From Candidatus Levyibacteriota bacterium (lineage in GTDB: Bacteria > Patescibacteriota > Microgenomatia > Levybacterales > GWA1-39-11): a DNA stretch of 36,515 nucleotides. Position numbers and translations under genes: made by a program. Numbering within the stretch: position 1 is the stretch's first letter; every line of letters begins with the position of its first letter. Below are positions 34,952 to 36,515 of the stretch, one piece after another. The stretch covers positions 1-36,515 of the forward strand of contig JBCLLY010000007.1 of NCBI GenBank assembly GCA_039738415.1, given 5' to 3'. Below the pieces are notes generated by a model. The model was given only the letters and a program-made list of their open reading frames with translations. It did no database searches and had not been told where the DNA came from.

Positions 34952-35476
34952 ATGCAGTTTATCCGCGATCAGGGTTTTATAATAAAAAGGAAAAATTTTG
35001 GTGAAGCCGATAGAATAATTACCATCTTTTCAAAAGATAACGGTAAGATAACAGTTATCGCAAAAGGAGTCAGAAAAATTACAAGTAGAAGATCTGCTCT
35101 TCTAGAGCCATTTAGTCTTATTAAATTTAATGCGGTTCAGTCATATTCCAGAAAAATCTTGACGGAAGTTGAACTTATTAATTCATTTAACTTAGATAAC
35201 CAAGATTTAGAATATTATAAAAGAAGATTTATAGTTTGCGAACTTTTAGATGCTCTTTGCGGAGAAGACATGGTGCTCACTTCTTTATATGAAAAGATTT
35301 TAAACCTTGCATACGATAAAAATGAGTACGACTCTCTTTTAGAGTTTAAGACTGATCTTTTAGTAGATTTAGGTTATTGGAATAGCGGTAAAAAATTTGC
35401 AACAGAGGAGGATTCTTACAGGTATATAGAAAGCATTATTGAGAGAAAGCTAAAATCAAGGACAATCACTTTCTAA
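34952..35476 (+). CDS. recO: DNA repair protein RecO (short form)
   Basis: GFIIKRKNFGEADRIITIFSKDNGKITVIAKGVRKITSRR...LEPF. Confidence 0.93.
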   Translation: MQFIRDQGFIIKRKNFGEADRIITIFSKDNGKITVIAKGVRKITSRRSALLEPFSLIKFNAVQSYSRKILTEVELINSFNLDNQDLEYYKRRFIVCELLDALCGEDMVLTSLYEKILNLAYDKNEYDSLLEFKTDLLVDLGYWNSGKKFATEEDSYRYIESIIERKLKSRTITF

Positions 35477-35496
35477 AAGGTTTAAGCAGGGGGTTA

Positions 35497-35560
35497 ACCC
35501 CGCACCCACGACCATACGCCTCGCTGCGAAGCGGGTCAGGGCATTGGGGTGCGGGGTAAA
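35497..35560. mobile_element. GC-rich MITE/REP-like element, copy B, with 11-bp terminal inverted repeats
   Basis: accccgcaccc (35497-35507) ... gggtgcggggt (35547-35557). It is homologous to 18592-18683 in the opposite orientation. Confidence 0.8.
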
Positions 35561-35563
35561 TTC

Positions 35564-35572
35564 TGATATACT
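35564..35572 (+). promoter_or_regulatory. Extended -10 promoter candidate for glyS (near-leaderless)
   Basis: TGaTATACT ending 9 nt before ATG 35582. Confidence 0.45.
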
Positions 35573-35581
35573 ACGGATTAA

Positions 35582-36515
35582 ATGACAGATATTTCCATTT
35601 CCATGCAAAAGATAACCGCTCTTGCGAAAAGAAGAGGGTTTATTTTCCCGGGATCTGAAATCTATGGGGGACTTGCCAACACCTATGATTATGGTCCTGT
35701 AGGGGCAGAATTACTGCGTAATATAAGAAACTTATGGTGGGAAGATTTTGTTCACAGACGTGATGACATAGTGGGACTTGAAGCAAGCCTTATATCACAT
35801 CAGGAAATATGGAAGGCATCAGGACATACTTCAGGATTTGCGGATGCACTTATAGATTGCAAAAACTGTAAGCTTCGAATGCGCGCAGATCATCTAATAG
35901 AAGATAATTTGAACGGTAAAAATGTGGAGGGTCTATCAACTGAGGAGTTGGATAATATTATTAAAGAAAGTTCTATAAATTGTCCAAATTGCGGAAAACA
36001 TGCATGGACGAAGGTTAGAAAATTTAACCTTCTATTCCCTGTAAATTTAGGAATAGTTGAAGGTGATCAGAGCCTTGCTTATCTCCGGGGAGAAACCGCC
36101 CAAGGAATGTTTATAAATTTCAAAAATGTAACCGAATCAACCAGAGTTAAGCTGCCATTTGGAATTGCTCAGTTGGGTAAAAGTTTTAGAAACGAGATTA
36201 CTCCCGGTAACTCAGTTTTCAGGACGCTGGAATTTGAACAAGGAGAAATAGAATATTTTTTTGATCCGGAGGAAAGTAATTGGGAAGATCTTTTCGAAGA
36301 CTGGAAAAAGCATATTTGGAGTTTTATTACAGAAAAAATTGGAATTAACGATAAAAACATCAGATGGCGCGAGCATGGAGAGCGCGAGCGGTCATTTTAT
36401 AGTAAAAAAACAGAGGATTTAGAATATAATTTCCCATTTGGCTTTAAGGAATTGTGGGGACTTGCTTATAGAACAGATTACGATTTATCTGCGCACGAGA
36501 AAGGGTCAGGAAAAG
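35582..36515 (+). CDS. glyS: Glycine--tRNA ligase, homodimeric type, 3'-truncated by the window edge (absent from the ORF track)
   Basis: Translates MTDISISMQKITALAKRRGFIFPGSEIYGGLANTYDYGPVG..., WKASGH, LRGETAQGMF, GIAQLGKSFRNEITPGN..FRTLEFEQ and ELWGLAYRTDYDL. Confidence 0.96.
   Translation, partial: MTDISISMQKITALAKRRGFIFPGSEIYGGLANTYDYGPVGAELLRNIRNLWWEDFVHRRDDIVGLEASLISHQEIWKASGHTSGFADALIDCKNCKLRMRADHLIEDNLNGKNVEGLSTEELDNIIKESSINCPNCGKHAWTKVRKFNLLFPVNLGIVEGDQSLAYLRGETAQGMFINFKNVTESTRVKLPFGIAQLGKSFRNEITPGNSVFRTLEFEQGEIEYFFDPEESNWEDLFEDWKKHIWSFITEKIGINDKNIRWREHGERERSFYSKKTEDLEYNFPFGFKELWGLAYRTDYDLSAHEKGSGK

Noticed and set aside
35477-35581. T-box riboswitch or tRNA upstream of glyS
   Set aside because: The region is too short, has no T-box motif or cloverleaf, and the hairpin has a homolog at an unrelated site (18592-18683).
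302-36360. Remaining short minus-strand and alternate-frame ORFs in the track
   Set aside because: They lie within or across well-supported + strand genes and show no recognisable motifs.

Overview
This AT-rich bacterial window has every credible gene on the + strand, often with abutting or overlapping start and stop codons. About 33 kb is one large surface-glycan locus. It holds many GT2 and GT4 glycosyltransferases, four GT-C-type membrane proteins, a Wzx-type flippase, ManC, a priming phosphoglycosyl transferase, a VioA-like aminotransferase, two hexapeptide acyltransferases, several SAM methyltransferases and a BKACE/Kce enzyme. It is followed by a DUF4012-like gene, recO and the 5' part of a homodimeric glycyl-tRNA synthetase. 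The gene content suggests Patescibacteria/CPR, probably Microgenomates; this is inference only. Five less ordinary features stand out. (1) A family of 7-9-bp periodic arrays flanks an internally deleted four-helix-bundle gene as inverted arms, appears as an apparent empty site, and sits in frame inside several proteins. (2) A TrpR/YerC-like regulator is bracketed by two near-identical ~30-bp palindromes and preceded by an (AAAC)14 tract. (3) A GC-rich MITE/REP-like element occurs in two copies. (4) There are several gene remnants, two of which start at the same 13-mer. (5) Two fusions occur: flippase plus ATP-grasp-like, and O-antigen-ligase-like plus GT-C. All calls come from reading motifs by eye; no searches were run.
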